Assembly: GCF_006345805.1 (NCBI RefSeq)
Contig: NC_042997.1
Location: forward strand, 168,640,001-168,704,000
DNA: 64,000 nucleotides
DNA from: Octopus sinensis
Taxonomy: Eukaryota
Reading direction: 5' to 3'
Shown here: piece after piece, positions 1-11,759 of the stretch
How the letters are laid out: every line of letters begins with the position of its first letter
Position numbering within the stretch: the first letter of the stretch is position 1
Position numbers and translations under genes: made by a program
Notes under the pieces: model-generated
Told to the model about the DNA's origin: nothing
The model's database searches: none
Seen by the model: the letters and a program-made list of their open reading frames with translations, nothing else

Positions 1-1342
1 AGGCAAATTAGCATGGAAAAACAAGCGAGAAAAGGCACGTGTGACGTATGTATGTGAGAGAGATAGCATTTGTGTGTGTACGTGTGTGCGACAGAAATAC
101 AAACAAGGTGAATGCGAGCAAAATAAAAATACAGCGCATAGGAAAAAAGTATCTCAGGGCTATTTCAGACAAGATGGAGTTAATTTACCAGTCCGTAATA
201 GCCTGATGCATAATAGCAGTTCGTTCTGTAACAAAATGTTGAGATCACAAATGCAGATGCCGGTTGAACACATGTCGTGTAGCGGTTGTGGCTTCAATGC
301 TGTGACAGGTTAACTGGGTACAGAAGATCTCGCAGATAGACTGTGCTGTTAATTCCGGTGTGTATACACGAACAGCGTGTGGGCTAAACTTCCGCGAGTT
401 GCTATTTACATATTGTTGAGGTCGACGGTGTTGAAGGCGACGGTGATGAAGGTGACTGTGGTGGACTTGAGACACATTGTTCTTAGTGGTGATGGCGACG
501 AAGATAACGACGACGTGAAGTCGAAAGACGACGATGGCGATGACGACGGAAGAGAAAAAGCATCGTTGATATGGTGGCGTCCGTCATTATGGCTGTAAAA
601 TAAGAAAGGCTCCTTCTATAACTGTTTGAGGGGACCGGAAGCAAATCGTCGAAAGATGAATGCGTAGAGTTGATCGTGTTCAGACTTGGCAGAAAAACTG
701 GATTTCTTTGTTAAGTGATCTCTAGTTTGAGACCAGAATCACGTCGGGGAAAGCAGTGTAACGACAGTGAACGTCTTCTCTGCACTTTTTGGGTGCAGTT
801 GGTGCAATCACTTTCCGTTGCTTTAATATCCAGATTCTACCAGTCAGAAACAACAAGACGCAGACGTAAAAAATATATATCTACTTTATTCTCTTATGAC
901 AGTAACAAATAAGTGGTGTATCTGGTATCCCTTTGGTATGGATGTGTCAGAGCTGAACTTTATCGCTGTAGAATTTACAGTGTTCAAATGCAAACGACAC
1001 TGGTCAAGATGGCGTCCGAATAGGGAGAGAAAATGATGTGGTCGGCAACAAATGTCAGGGCGAAACGAAGATAATACGCGTCTTCTTCTATGAAAAGCCT
1101 GACTGCTGCTATCAAATCCGGACAGAGAGAGAGAGAACCACACGTCTTGTACCTTCGATAGCTGTGTCTCAAGTCACTGCCTACTGGACGCTGGTGGTCA
1201 ACGTCGTACGCCCCCCTTGCCTCGCGGCTAAACTGCCACGTAGGCAAATGGTCCCTCTTCCGGTGGTGAAAGCACCAACCCCGCACGCGCGAAACAGAAA
1301 TGGACGGTGCGCGAGCGCGCACTGTTATATAGGATCACTACA
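1..1342 (-). mobile_element. Solo-LTR-like element, left end outside the window, related to 1456-2471
   Basis: Positions ~110-390 align with 1755-2030 (e.g. gcagatgccggttgaacacatgtcgtgtag in both). Ends ctgttatataggatcactaca with a CA terminus, like the other family members. The right boundary is inferred. Confidence 0.5.
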
Positions 1343-1455
1343 CATCGTAGCGATTTGTGTACCCAAGCTTTACCAGGCGCTCATAAATCAGTGCGTGGCG
1401 AAGCTATTAGCTGACCCTTAATTATAATTATGTATATAATTATAGAATATATATA

Positions 1456-2471
1456 TGTAGGACGACCGTATGAAAGGAGATGGTGACGATGAATGTCTCC
1501 TTTAAACACCGCACCGTCGCCTTACAATAAAAGCCAAATATATGGATAAATGAATAAGAGTGCCAGTAAAGAATAAGAAGACGACGCAACCGTATAATGT
1601 TTAAGAGAAAGGTTTTATTCAGGTATTGACATGTCGGTAGCAGAGTGTGTCTGTGTACGTGTCTGCGTTATAAGTACATAATAAGAACAATAGTTATAGA
1701 CAATAGACAGGCCGTCATTCATACAAATATGTGTAAGTGTACTAGGAAAGTGTATGCGCGTGAGATAAAATACAGAGCATAGAAATAAGTCTCTCAGAAT
1801 GCTACAGATAGATCAGACAAGATGTAGATAAATACCAGTTTGTAGTAATGAACGCAATAGTAATAGTTCCGTAACAAAGAGGTTGGTGGTCACAAGGCAG
1901 ATGCCGGTTGAACACATGTCGTGTAGTGGTTGTGGCTTCAATGCTGTGCCGGGTTACTTGGTACAGAAAGATCTCGCAGGTAGACTGAGCTGTTAACCTT
2001 GGTGAGTATTCACAAACAGCGTGTAGTTAAACCTAGGCTAAATGGCTGTGTACGTATTGATGTTGGTGGAGGCGACGTTAAGATTGAAAGGTGACGGTGG
2101 AGAAAGGTCCTGAAATGCTGCTGGTGGTGTTGGTGTCGCGGTCACTGGAACTGGAACTGGTTGAGGCGCTGGAACATGACTGTCTGTCGCTGGATGCTCT
2201 GTAGTCAATAGTCTAGGACCAAAGACAAATTACGGTTTGTTGAGCTAGCCTTTTAAAGAGATTAGTTGGCTCAAACGAAGCAATAGAAAAACTGTCGCGG
2301 GACCTTATCAGAATGCTGCGATTGGTTGGTTTACACATTGGCGCGAAATAAAGCAAGAGACGAAACTGCACCAAAACCAACCAATCAGAGCAGCGGACAC
2401 AACTGGGCCTAAGCAGCCGAGGGCCGACTGTTATACGCCACGTCCGCATTTGTATTTCACTAAGCGCTACA
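1456..2471 (-). mobile_element. Solo LTR (Ty3/Gypsy-like), ~1.0 kb
   Basis: TGTAG...CTACA termini, flanked by tata/taca inside a (TA)n tract. CCAAT boxes lie near the right end and a minus-strand AATAAA near 1614-1620. Co-linear with 3633-4609. Confidence 0.7.
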
Positions 2472-2494
2472 TACATATATATATATATATATAG

Positions 2495-2537
<43 letters not shown>

Positions 2538-2599
2538 AGGATGCATTCACACACACAAGGACACGCACACACAAACACACACACACACACACATTCAAT

Positions 2600-3220
2600 G
2601 CTTTCGCGCCTTAACGGTCATCGCGTTATCCTTGCATGGGTGGGGCTCTTCAATGGCTCTACATATTGACAATGGTTTCGGCCTTTTGTCATTTCCTCCG
2701 TAAGGCCTGGCATCATGAGATCAGTCTTTAATACATTATTCCATGTCTTCTTAGCTCCATCGTTTTCAGAGACTCCATCCATTTTGAGTCCCTTACATTT
2801 ATTTTATATAACCGCCACCCTTTATACGCATCACATGCCTGTACCAGAGCAGTCGTCTACCAGTTTTTCTCTCAGTTTATTAGTACTCCGTCCTTCCAGC
2901 ACACTGATATTAAACATCCAGCAGAGCATGCTTGTGCTGTTTCTTTTTTGTCTTCACAAATCTCCTACAATCAGATCTCACATCTCACTACTGTAGAGCA
3001 TTGCAATTCGTTCAAATGCATCAGTTAATTTGCCTTTTACTCTAAGAGAGGGAAACCCTTTGTTACCAACAAAAGTAATAGCCCCCTGAACTATTTCTAA
3101 TCCGCTCTTTCTCTGGCTACAATATTTTTGTAACATCCATCTCAACTGTTAATTAAGTCACTTAAGATAACAGAAGTTATCGACTATTTCTAGGAAGTCT
3201 TCCGAGCATTTAAGAAAATG
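2600..3220 (-). mobile_element. RTE-clade LINE, decayed RT C-terminal fragment
   Basis: Minus-strand translation across stops gives LEIVDNFCYL...SLRVKGKL...AMLYSSE...SMLCWMFNISV...LREKL, the typical RTE C-terminus. A short continuation appears at ~4900-4960, beyond the mariner insertion. Confidence 0.75.
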
Positions 3221-3222
3221 TA

Positions 3223-4896
3223 CGAGGAGGTACCCAGAAGTAGCCGGAAAGATTCTCTGTGGAACAAACCCGTTGTAGTTCAGGCCACTAGGAACCATTT
3301 GATGCAACCCTCAGGTATCAGCCCGCTGACCGGTAGCGTCGTGTTGACTCATACTGCCACGTAGTACACCTTTACTTTGTAGTGCTTCCCCCTGTTTGTC
3401 AACCTCGTTCAGAACTGTCGACCTTCCTAACGAATGAAAACATCATGAAAATTCATGAACTGATCTTGGAGGACCGTCACCGAACAATTGATGAACTCGT
3501 TGATATGACTGGTGTGTCCTGTAGCTCCTGCCAACGAATTTTGAGCGAGGGATTGCGAATGAAAAGAGTTTCAGCAAAAGTTGTGCCTCGGAAAATTAAA
3601 AGCCGCCAAGACTGAATGCGTAACGTAAACTGTGTAGACGACCGTGCGAAAGAGAGGTGACGAGAATGGCTCCTTTAGTACACCACACGGTCGATTACAA
3701 TAAATACGAAAGGTATGAATGAGTACAAGTGTCAGAAGGAAAAGAGAGACACAACCGGTAGAATGTTTAAGAGAAGATTTTATTTATGTGTTAATGTGTG
3801 TGTGTATGCGTCATAAATACATTTATGATAATAACAATAGACAGGCCGTCATGTATACATAATGTATATGTGTGTGCATAAAATACAGAGTATTATAGGA
3901 CGTTAGAAGAATGCTCAGACACAATGATGATAAATACCAGTTCGTAGTCAAAGTACACGATATTTGAAGTGCTGTAACAAGAAGTTGAGGCGAAGAAGCA
4001 GAGCCTGAGCGGTACGTGTTGTACAAAGTAGTGGCTACAATGCTACTGCCGGGTTACTTGGTACAGGAGTTCTCACAGGTTGTATTTGCTTCTAACCAAG
4101 GTGAAGTAATTCACAAACAGTGTTGAGGTAGGACCTGTGCGAGGGTTACTGGTTGCTGTGTACGTAGAGAGATGTTGCTGACGACGTTAAGAAGATGAAA
4201 GCGACGAAGGAGATTGCCGTATGCTGTTGATCGAGTGTTGATGCGTTTCCATGTGGCTGCTGTTGTGTTGTCGCTAGAACTGGCTGTGTTCTGTGTGGTC
4301 AGCGGCTAGACTTAAAAAGGTCTGGAACCGACTGACCTCGAGACGGTCTGAAGCTAGCATTTTATAGCAAGCTATCGGCTTACCGGAAGATCAGAAGAGA
4401 CTCTCACGTGACCTTATCAAAATGCTACGATTGGTTGGGTTGCATATTGGCGCGTAACAGTGCAAAGGACAAAATTGCGCCAATACAAGCCAATCAGAGT
4501 AGTGAACTCAACAGGGTGCAGAAGGGCGGCCGGAGACTAGCTGTTATCTACTACGTTCGTACTTATGCATATATAACAGAGAGAGAAAATTCTCTAAGCG
4601 TACTCTACAACTGAAAGAACAGTTGGAAATTGATCCGGACCTATTTTAGAAGGTCATCACTGGTGACGAAAGCTGGTGCTACAGAATTTGCAGATGTGGA
4701 GAGGTGAATGAAAAAACGATGTTAAAAGCCATCACTTCGCAAGAGTTTCAGCACTGCCTCGAACAGTGGAAAATGAATCTAGACAGATGCATTGCTTCAA
4801 ATGAACAATACTTTGAAGGTGAAAATAGTGTAAACATGTAAAACTAAGCAACTAAAATTATATTACAAAATTCCGGTTCTTTTGGGTACCCTCTCA
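3223..4896 (+). mobile_element. Internally deleted mariner element, interrupted by a solo LTR
   Basis: Imperfect TIRs CGAGGAGGTACCCAGAAGTAGCCGGAA / ttccggttcttttgggtaccctctca, with TA on both sides. Transposase pieces: ILEDRHRTIDELVDMTGVSCSSCQRILSEGLRMKRVSAKVVPR (3382-3615), KVITGDESWCY, and FQHCLEQWKMNLDRCIASNEQYFEG (4610-4820). Confidence 0.9.
3633..4609 (-). mobile_element. Solo LTR (Ty3/Gypsy-like), 977 bp
   Basis: Perfect 6-bp terminal inverted repeat TGTAGA...TCTACA and an exact 4-bp TSD ACTG (3629-3632, 4610-4613). Splits the mariner ORF. Carries CCAAT boxes, a minus-strand TATAAAA near 4340 and an AATAAA near 3780. Confidence 0.85.
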
Positions 4897-5652
4897 TATT
4901 TCACGTGTGTTGTTATTTCTTCACTTCTAGGCATCTACCAGACGCAAAGTCTGCTCTCTCTATATATATATAAATCCGCTTGTGCGTTTATAGTTTATAA
5001 TAAATACACCCAATTAAAACCCTACCTACTCATGTTTTGCGTATCGATTACTAACATTTTCCGGTCAGTTTTCTACTTGAAGCCACTCAATTTACAATTT
5101 TACTTCCATGTGTGTGAATTTTCTCTCTTATTTCTACCACAGATTCAGTTATATGAATCAAGTCATCAGCATACTGGAGTATCTACTGATAGAGGTCTTA
5201 AACTTTTCTGTTATGTTCTTGAAAGTTATAATAAACAAGCGTGGCATAAAACCCGAGCACGAACTGACATCTTCATGCATGTTAAATTCATCACTGCACA
5301 CATTGCTGACACTCATTTTGTTGGCTTGTACAGTCCTCAAAAGCCATTCATTTACATGTAGCTTCTTTAGTGATCATCAGATTACAAGGCAACGGTTTCC
5401 GGCCAAAGGCCTTCTCTAAGCCAGCAAAATTATTCAAGGCATGGTCACAATCTAATGTCCGAATCGAGTAAGAGATAAAAGATATGAAAAAATATCACAA
5501 GACATTTTTAAGGCTTCATATTAAAAGCCAACTATAAGAGAATTAAAAAAAAAATATTATGTGGAAGTAAAATTTTCGATGCTTTTTGGAATTTTCCAGT
5601 TAGGAGTTTCTCTCAGTTTTGGATCTTTGTGATTTTCGGATTTTGGAATTTA

Positions 5653-5692
<40 letters not shown>

Positions 5693-5698
<6 letters not shown>

Positions 5699-6662
5699 GA
5701 ATAGTTCGGCTGGTACAGTACTTCTTGGCCTGCTTTGCTTGGTTTGGAGACTGAAAGTCTACAATGTAAAGTTGTAGTTCTTTGTTCACGAAAGAGTGAT
5801 GGCTTTTGGGGGGACCTTTGGCCTTGTGCCAGTCAGGGAAGGGTCAAAGAAACTACCTTATAAAAGCAGGAGCTGTGAATCTAAGTAGATCAGTTCCGGC
5901 CGGAGAGATTGAGAGACAGTCAGTATTTGGGATTCAATGCGAGCAGTCGGTAGTTGGGAGCTTGTCATGAGAGATGACAGTAGAGTGAGAGGATGAGGGG
6001 CTGAGGAAGACATAGGACTAAGCGGCGATGGAGAGAGATTACGGCGGAGGGAAGGCACAGTTATTATAGTAGGAACTGTAACGGTATGTGTTAATTGTAT
6101 GTTTTGATATGTGAAGAAAAAAGAAGGAAAGAGTTGTGGTATTTATGTAAAAAAAAGAATCGATGTATTGAAATGTAAAAGAGAACTGTGTAATGAACAT
6201 TGTTTATGTTGTTGATGGTTATAAAGAAAAGGCTAAAGAGAACTGTTAAAGAAAGAGAGACTCTGTTGTAGTCTTTAATGAACATTGAACTGTATATGCC
6301 TTTAATGTGATTTGAACTGTAACGTTAATGTGATTTGAAACAAAACTGTTGTCTCCGGACTGTATATTGTATCTGCATGTTTAAATGCTTTGATCTGTTG
6401 TATACCTGTTTCTTGAGTTGCATGTGTTTTCTTTAAATGCTGTTGTATCTTGATGCATTTTATGTAACAATTATAAAGTGTTATAAACTAGTACGTTAAA
6501 TGTAAGCCAATTGCCTTCCGCTGTGTTTCTATGTGCCTCTGTGTCTCTTCCTGCTGCTGTTGTTTATTGTCTCTCTGCTCTCTGAGTTTCCGTGACGAAA
6601 ATTCGCCGATCGATCGGGCCTGTGTGAGGGATTCCGTAACAGCTTTCGTTCGGGGGTCACGT

Positions 6663-6666
<4 letters not shown>
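5693..6666 (+). mobile_element. Solo LTR-like element (second family) inserted in (TA)n
   Basis: TGTTGTGA...TCACGTAACA termini, ATAT on both sides within a TA microsatellite, and TATAAAAG at ~5858. Confidence 0.65.
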
Positions 6667-6711
<45 letters not shown>

Positions 6712-6953
6712 CACACTCACACAAACAACAAATAACAGAGACGGAAGATGGAGTACACGAGAAACTTGATTGTTCACAACGTTTCGACCCATATATTCAA
6801 ACAAACACAAGAATTTCTCAGGTAGATCCAGCGACAATTATGCAGATACCGTGGATGACGTCAAGTACCCATAGACAGTGAACGTGCTTCACCTGCTATT
6901 TAAGTAAATGCCCAATACTTAAATAATTACTTATATATATATATTATATATAT

Positions 6954-7002
<49 letters not shown>

Positions 7003-7003
<1 letters not shown>

Positions 7004-7225
7004 GTAAATGTAATATGTGACAGTTATTCGGTAGCCATGATAAAACTCCGAGTTTCGGATGTCGTGGTGGAAATCCACGCCGCCATCTCTTCAGTTATCC
7101 GGCCATTGGAAAAATGCTCCGACGGCCGGATAACTGAAGAGATGGCGGCGTGGATTTCCACCCTGATATCCGAAACTCGGAGTTCTATCATGGCTACCGA
7201 ATAATTGCCACATATTACATTTACA
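7003..7225. repeat. 223-bp foldback (~102-bp arms, 19-nt spacer), possibly an inverted PLE pseudo-LTR with hammerhead-like arms
   Basis: 7003-7104 is the near-perfect reverse complement of 7124-7225. Each arm reads CTGAAGA...GAAA on one strand. Confidence 0.85.
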
Positions 7226-7297
7226 GATAATTCCTCTGTTTACATAATATCGCGGTCTCTTTCATTCTTTTGTTGTCTTACAATTTCTATCAATATA

Positions 7298-7374
<77 letters not shown>

Positions 7375-7384
7375 TGTATGTATG

Positions 7385-7416
<32 letters not shown>

Positions 7417-7565
7417 TGTATGTATGTATTATGTATTTATATGTGGTGAATAAATTGTCTAAATTACACAAAAATGAAAATAACACTGACATCTCATTTT
7501 AACAGATATATTTACCAAGGGATTTACGCACGGTTATTTGACTGGTGGCATTCAAAAGTAAATAA

Positions 7566-7616
<51 letters not shown>

Positions 7617-7984
7617 AATGGAGGGGAGAAGGTGGGGAAATGTTATTGGTCGGTGTGGGGAGAAAATATGCATGAAGAAAATAAGAAAGAGCGGGGAAGA
7701 ATTGTGAAGTGGTGGAGGCGTATGTTCTTGTAAGTTTACGGAGGTAGGGGTAGGGAAGAGGCAGTTGAATAAAAAATAAAGAAAAGGATTTTTTTTTTTA
7801 AATAGTGAGGAAAAATGCGGAGAGAAGTGTGTAATCGACAATAAAGGAATGAATGGGGGAAAATGTTGTTGGTTTAATATATAATGGTAGTGAGGGTGGA
7901 TAAGAGTGAAAATTTATGAAGATTAAGCGGAAAAGAATGTAGTGGTGTTGTAGTTATTTGTATTTTGAGAAAAGATTTAGTGAC

Positions 7985-8330
7985 CGATGTTTGCAGGTGA
8001 ATAGTATAATGCTGCGTTCATTAAGACAATCCGTGGATTGCAGAATAACCAAGACCTCTGCTATACAGAGATCACACTTGTTATTAAAGTTGTAAGACTT
8101 GGCGTGGGTGACTATGAACTACTTGAGTGTAAGGAGTTGAATCAAGCGTTAGTTTATTGATAAGGTGAGATAATGATATACTGTTGGATTTTGTTTGGAA
8201 CTTGAAGCTGGAGTTGTGGCTGTTCACTCTGGCTTTTGAAGGTGGTGCTGCATGAGCCGATATAAATGTAATTACAATTGGCAGTTGATTTCGTGCATTT
8301 AATAAACTATGTTTTTTGTGAGACAACTTT
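7985..8330 (-). mobile_element. Penelope-like element, decayed GIY-YIG endonuclease
   Basis: Frameshifted minus-strand translation: IVY...NYIYIGSCSTTFK/ARVNSHNSSFK...SISLSHLINKL...KSYNFNNKCDLCIAEVLVIL...CLNERS. This has the GIY-YIG motifs plus the CxLC...LN.RS tail of PLEs. Flanks (~7620-8655) probably belong to the element. Confidence 0.75.
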
Positions 8331-8675
8331 TTCGACATCCCCATGGGAACCAGTGACTCTGACTAGGTCACTGACCTTGAAGAACTCTCCCTACTTAAAG
8401 GTCACCATGAACAATTCCCTAACATCTCCGGCGGTCTATACAGAAACGATGCTCTGTTCACTCAGACTTGTGACTGAATTTGGTAAACGGAAACGGCAGC
8501 GTGGGTCATCAGAAAATGACTGAAAAACATGTTTATAAAGAAGAGTTGTTGGCTTCATATTCCTCGTGTGCTGATTCTGACCATAAGAAAGGAACAAATA
8601 ATACAATGTGGCTGTAGGTCATAAGACCCGGGAAACGTTGGAGTGCATTGCTAGTATATATATATATATATATAG

Positions 8676-8722
<47 letters not shown>

Positions 8723-8776
8723 TGTATGTATGTATATAGATAAATATTACATACATACATACACACACACACACAC

Positions 8777-8849
<73 letters not shown>

Positions 8850-8864
8850 GTATATAGATAAATA

Positions 8865-8895
<31 letters not shown>

Positions 8896-9396
8896 CATAC
8901 ATACATACATAGATGTGTGAGTGTGTATGCGTGTGCGTGTGTGTCTGTGTTTGTGCGCGCATATACGTTAGACGACCGACTCAAATACTGGTGGTTCGCT
9001 TTCTGAAACTAACACTGCGTTACATGTATACATTATGAAAGATAATCAAATTTTCTAGGCTAAAGCCGATAGTCCTTTACTGTTAATTAATAGCAAAATC
9101 TATTGCTACTCATTAAAAGCAAGACCGCTATATAATTAATTGGTAGAGTTAATTAGCGTGATCGTTTGCTGAAATGTAGATTTCAAATTCCACACTGGCT
9201 GTGAGATTCCTTCACAAGGCATTGGTCGACTCGGGAATACAATAAAAGACAATTGCCGAGGGTTCGCGCAATGGGACTGAACCAAAAGTCACATGACTGC
9301 AAAACCTTTGCAGAGATACTTTTGGGAGGATGAAACGGAAAACTGAAATTGGTACAATTTTAACTAAAAAAACATAAAGGAATGTGATCAAATATT

Positions 9397-9864
9397 ATTT
9401 TCTATTCTAGGCACAAGGAATGACATTTTTGGAGGAGGAGCCAGTCGATTAGATCAACCTCAGTACGCAACTGGTACTTAATTTATAGGCGGCGAGCTGG
9501 CAGAAACGTTAGAACGCCGGGCGAAATGCTTAGCAGTATTTCTTTCCTCTGCCGTTATGTTCAGAGTTCAAATTCCGCCGAGGTCGACTTTGCCCTTCAT
9601 CCTTTCGGAGTCGATAAATTAAGTACCAGTTACGCACTGGGGTCGATATAATCGACTTAATCCGTTTGTCTGTCTTTGTTTGTCCTCTCTGTATTTAGTC
9701 CCTTGTGGGTAGTAAAGAAATAGGTACTTAATTTATCGACCCCGAAAGGATGAAAGGCAAAGTCGACCTCGGCGGAATTTGAACTCAGAACGTAGCGGCA
9801 GACGAAATAGCGCTATGCATTTCGCCATGCGTTCTAACGTTTCTACCAGCTCGCTGCCTTAACA
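9397..9864 (-). mobile_element. SINE family A (working name), host copy carrying a nested antisense copy
   Basis: tRNA-like head with B-box GAGTTCAAATTCC and central gcctttcatcctttcggggtcgataaattaagtacc. Flanked by a 12-bp TSD tgatcaaatatt. Confidence 0.85.
9487..9722 (+). mobile_element. SINE family A, full length, nested
   Basis: Runs ggcggcgagctggcagaaacg...cttgtgggtagtaaagaaata, flanked by duplicated ggtacttaatttat. Confidence 0.9.
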
Positions 9865-9924
9865 TGATCAAATATTGCCAGGCATTTAAACCAGTGCTGT
9901 ATATAAATACTTATTGGTTCCAAA

Positions 9925-10130
9925 TTTTGGCACAAAGCCAGCAATTTCCGGGGAGGGGTTAAGTCGCTTAAATCGACCCCAGTATTCAACTGGTAATTAT
10001 TTTATCGTCCCTGAAGGGATGAAAGGCAAAGTCGATCCCGGTAGCATTTGAACCCAGGAAGTAAAGACGGAAGAAACGCCGCTAAACATTTCGTCCGGCG
10101 TTCTAACGTTTCTGTGAGCTCGCTGCTTTG
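9925..10130 (-). mobile_element. SINE family A, diverged
   Basis: Reverse complement of the family A head and centre (gatgaaaggcaaagtcga...gctcgctgc). Confidence 0.75.
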
Positions 10131-10199
10131 ACACATACACATATTGATTGCCTTTGATTAGGAGCAAACAATTTTTGTTTTGTTTTTCTTATCTTTTTG

Positions 10200-10211
10200 T
10201 TATTATTATTA

Positions 10212-10261
<50 letters not shown>

Positions 10262-10325
10262 TTGCCTTTGAAAAATAGATAAAATTCATATAATTATTAT
10301 TATTATTATTATTATTATTATCAAT
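10200..10325. repeat. (TTA)n microsatellites
   Basis: Direct reading. Confidence 0.9.
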
Positions 10326-10559
10326 AATATTTATTTTATCGAAAATTCGCCCAAGGTGTTCTGTGAAATAGTTGGTGTTATGAAATAGTTGGTGTCATAG
10401 AAACCCATGCCAAGAGTAGAATGTACAAACGAGACATGATTCCACCCCCACCCCTACCACCATGCCTGTAGGGAACGAAGAACAGTAAATCTGAAGTAGA
10501 ACTGCTTCGGACCGTGACGATACGTTTGATCTATGCCAGCGGGTAAATTGGACGGAAAA

Positions 10560-11376
10560 CAAGAATGGCAGCGATGTTATTGTTGTTGTTTTTGTTGCTG
10601 CTACTGCTGCTCTTGTTGTTGTTGTTGTTAAGCAACAAAACGGGTAAGGGTGATTAGGTGATGGTCTAGGGCTTAGGGGCGGGAGACCCCAGACCTTGAA
10701 AAAAAAAACTTTGGTCGTCTTGTTGTAGTCGAGGGCTCTTCGTCGACGCCCGAAACCACTGGGAGGTGGCCCTCGAAGTCGCTGGAAATCTCCAGGTCCA
10801 AATTCTTGAACGGCTGCTACTGCTGCTGTTGATGATGATGATGATGATGAGGAGGAGGAGGAGGAGGAGGACGACGACGACGACACTGGTCATGAAGGGA
10901 AAATGTCCAAAATGTCTAATCAGTCATTCTTCTTGATAAATTAACTCTATTTATTTATATATTTTTATGCATGAACATTTTATAGATCAACTTTTTGGGG
11001 GGATTCGGAATCTTAGCGAAAGATTTCTCTTAGCGATCGATTTACATTCTTCCCTTGCAAACTTGTATCCTTGTAAGAGTTTAAGAAATTCATTTTAATT
11101 CACTGAGTAAGGGTGGGAGGATACCAGAAACGGTATAGACAGTTGGAGTGAAAGTTTTGCCGTATTCAGTTACGTTAAGCCATCAAATTTGGTGTTCCAT
11201 TTCATCTGTCTTCTCCATTAACTCCTCAATAATATTTTGTTAAAGGGCGGTAGCTGGCAGAAACGATAAAAGTACATTGACATATCAAGTTACGTCCCTT
11301 TATTTAATTTTCCGTTCTCGCTTGGATCGTCTTGGCTTTTCGTGAAACAAGTTGACACAAGTTGATACTCTACTGC

Positions 11377-11411
<35 letters not shown>

Positions 11412-11700
11412 TTGTTGCTGCTGCTGCTGTTGTTGTTGTTAAGCAACAAGACGGGTAAGGGTGATTAGGTGATGGTTTAGGGCTTAGGGGCAGGAGACCC
11501 CAGACCTTGGGGAAAAAAATTTGGTCGTCTTGTTGTAGTCGAGGGCTCTTCATTGATGCCCGACACCACTGGGAGGTGGCCCTCGAAGTCGCTGGAAATG
11601 GAGATCTCCAGGTCCAAATTCTTGAACGGCTGCTGCTGCTGTTGTTGTTGTTACTCCTGCCGCCGCCGCTGCTGCTACTGTTGTTGTTGTTGTTGTTTCC
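10560..11700. repeat. Local duplication of a ~200-bp unique core (10628-10815 and 11439-11632) embedded in GTT/GCT/GAT/GAG trinucleotide repeats
   Basis: The cores align at roughly 90% by eye, with one 6-bp indel. Confidence 0.9.
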
Positions 11701-11759
11701 CTCTAGGCCACACGTTGGTTGAGCATTCCAGTCACGTCCATTCCGTCATTTTAGTTCAT

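Noticed and set aside
4882-5361. 159-aa ORF
   Set aside because: Starts inside the mariner TIR, has low-complexity AT-rich composition and shows no recognisable motif.
8605-8645. GGTC-ATAA-GACC...GAAACGTT hammerhead-like half next to the PLE fragment
   Set aside because: The CUGANGA strand is too degraded to support a call. A similar CGAAACGTT at ~6778-6786 was rejected for the same reason.
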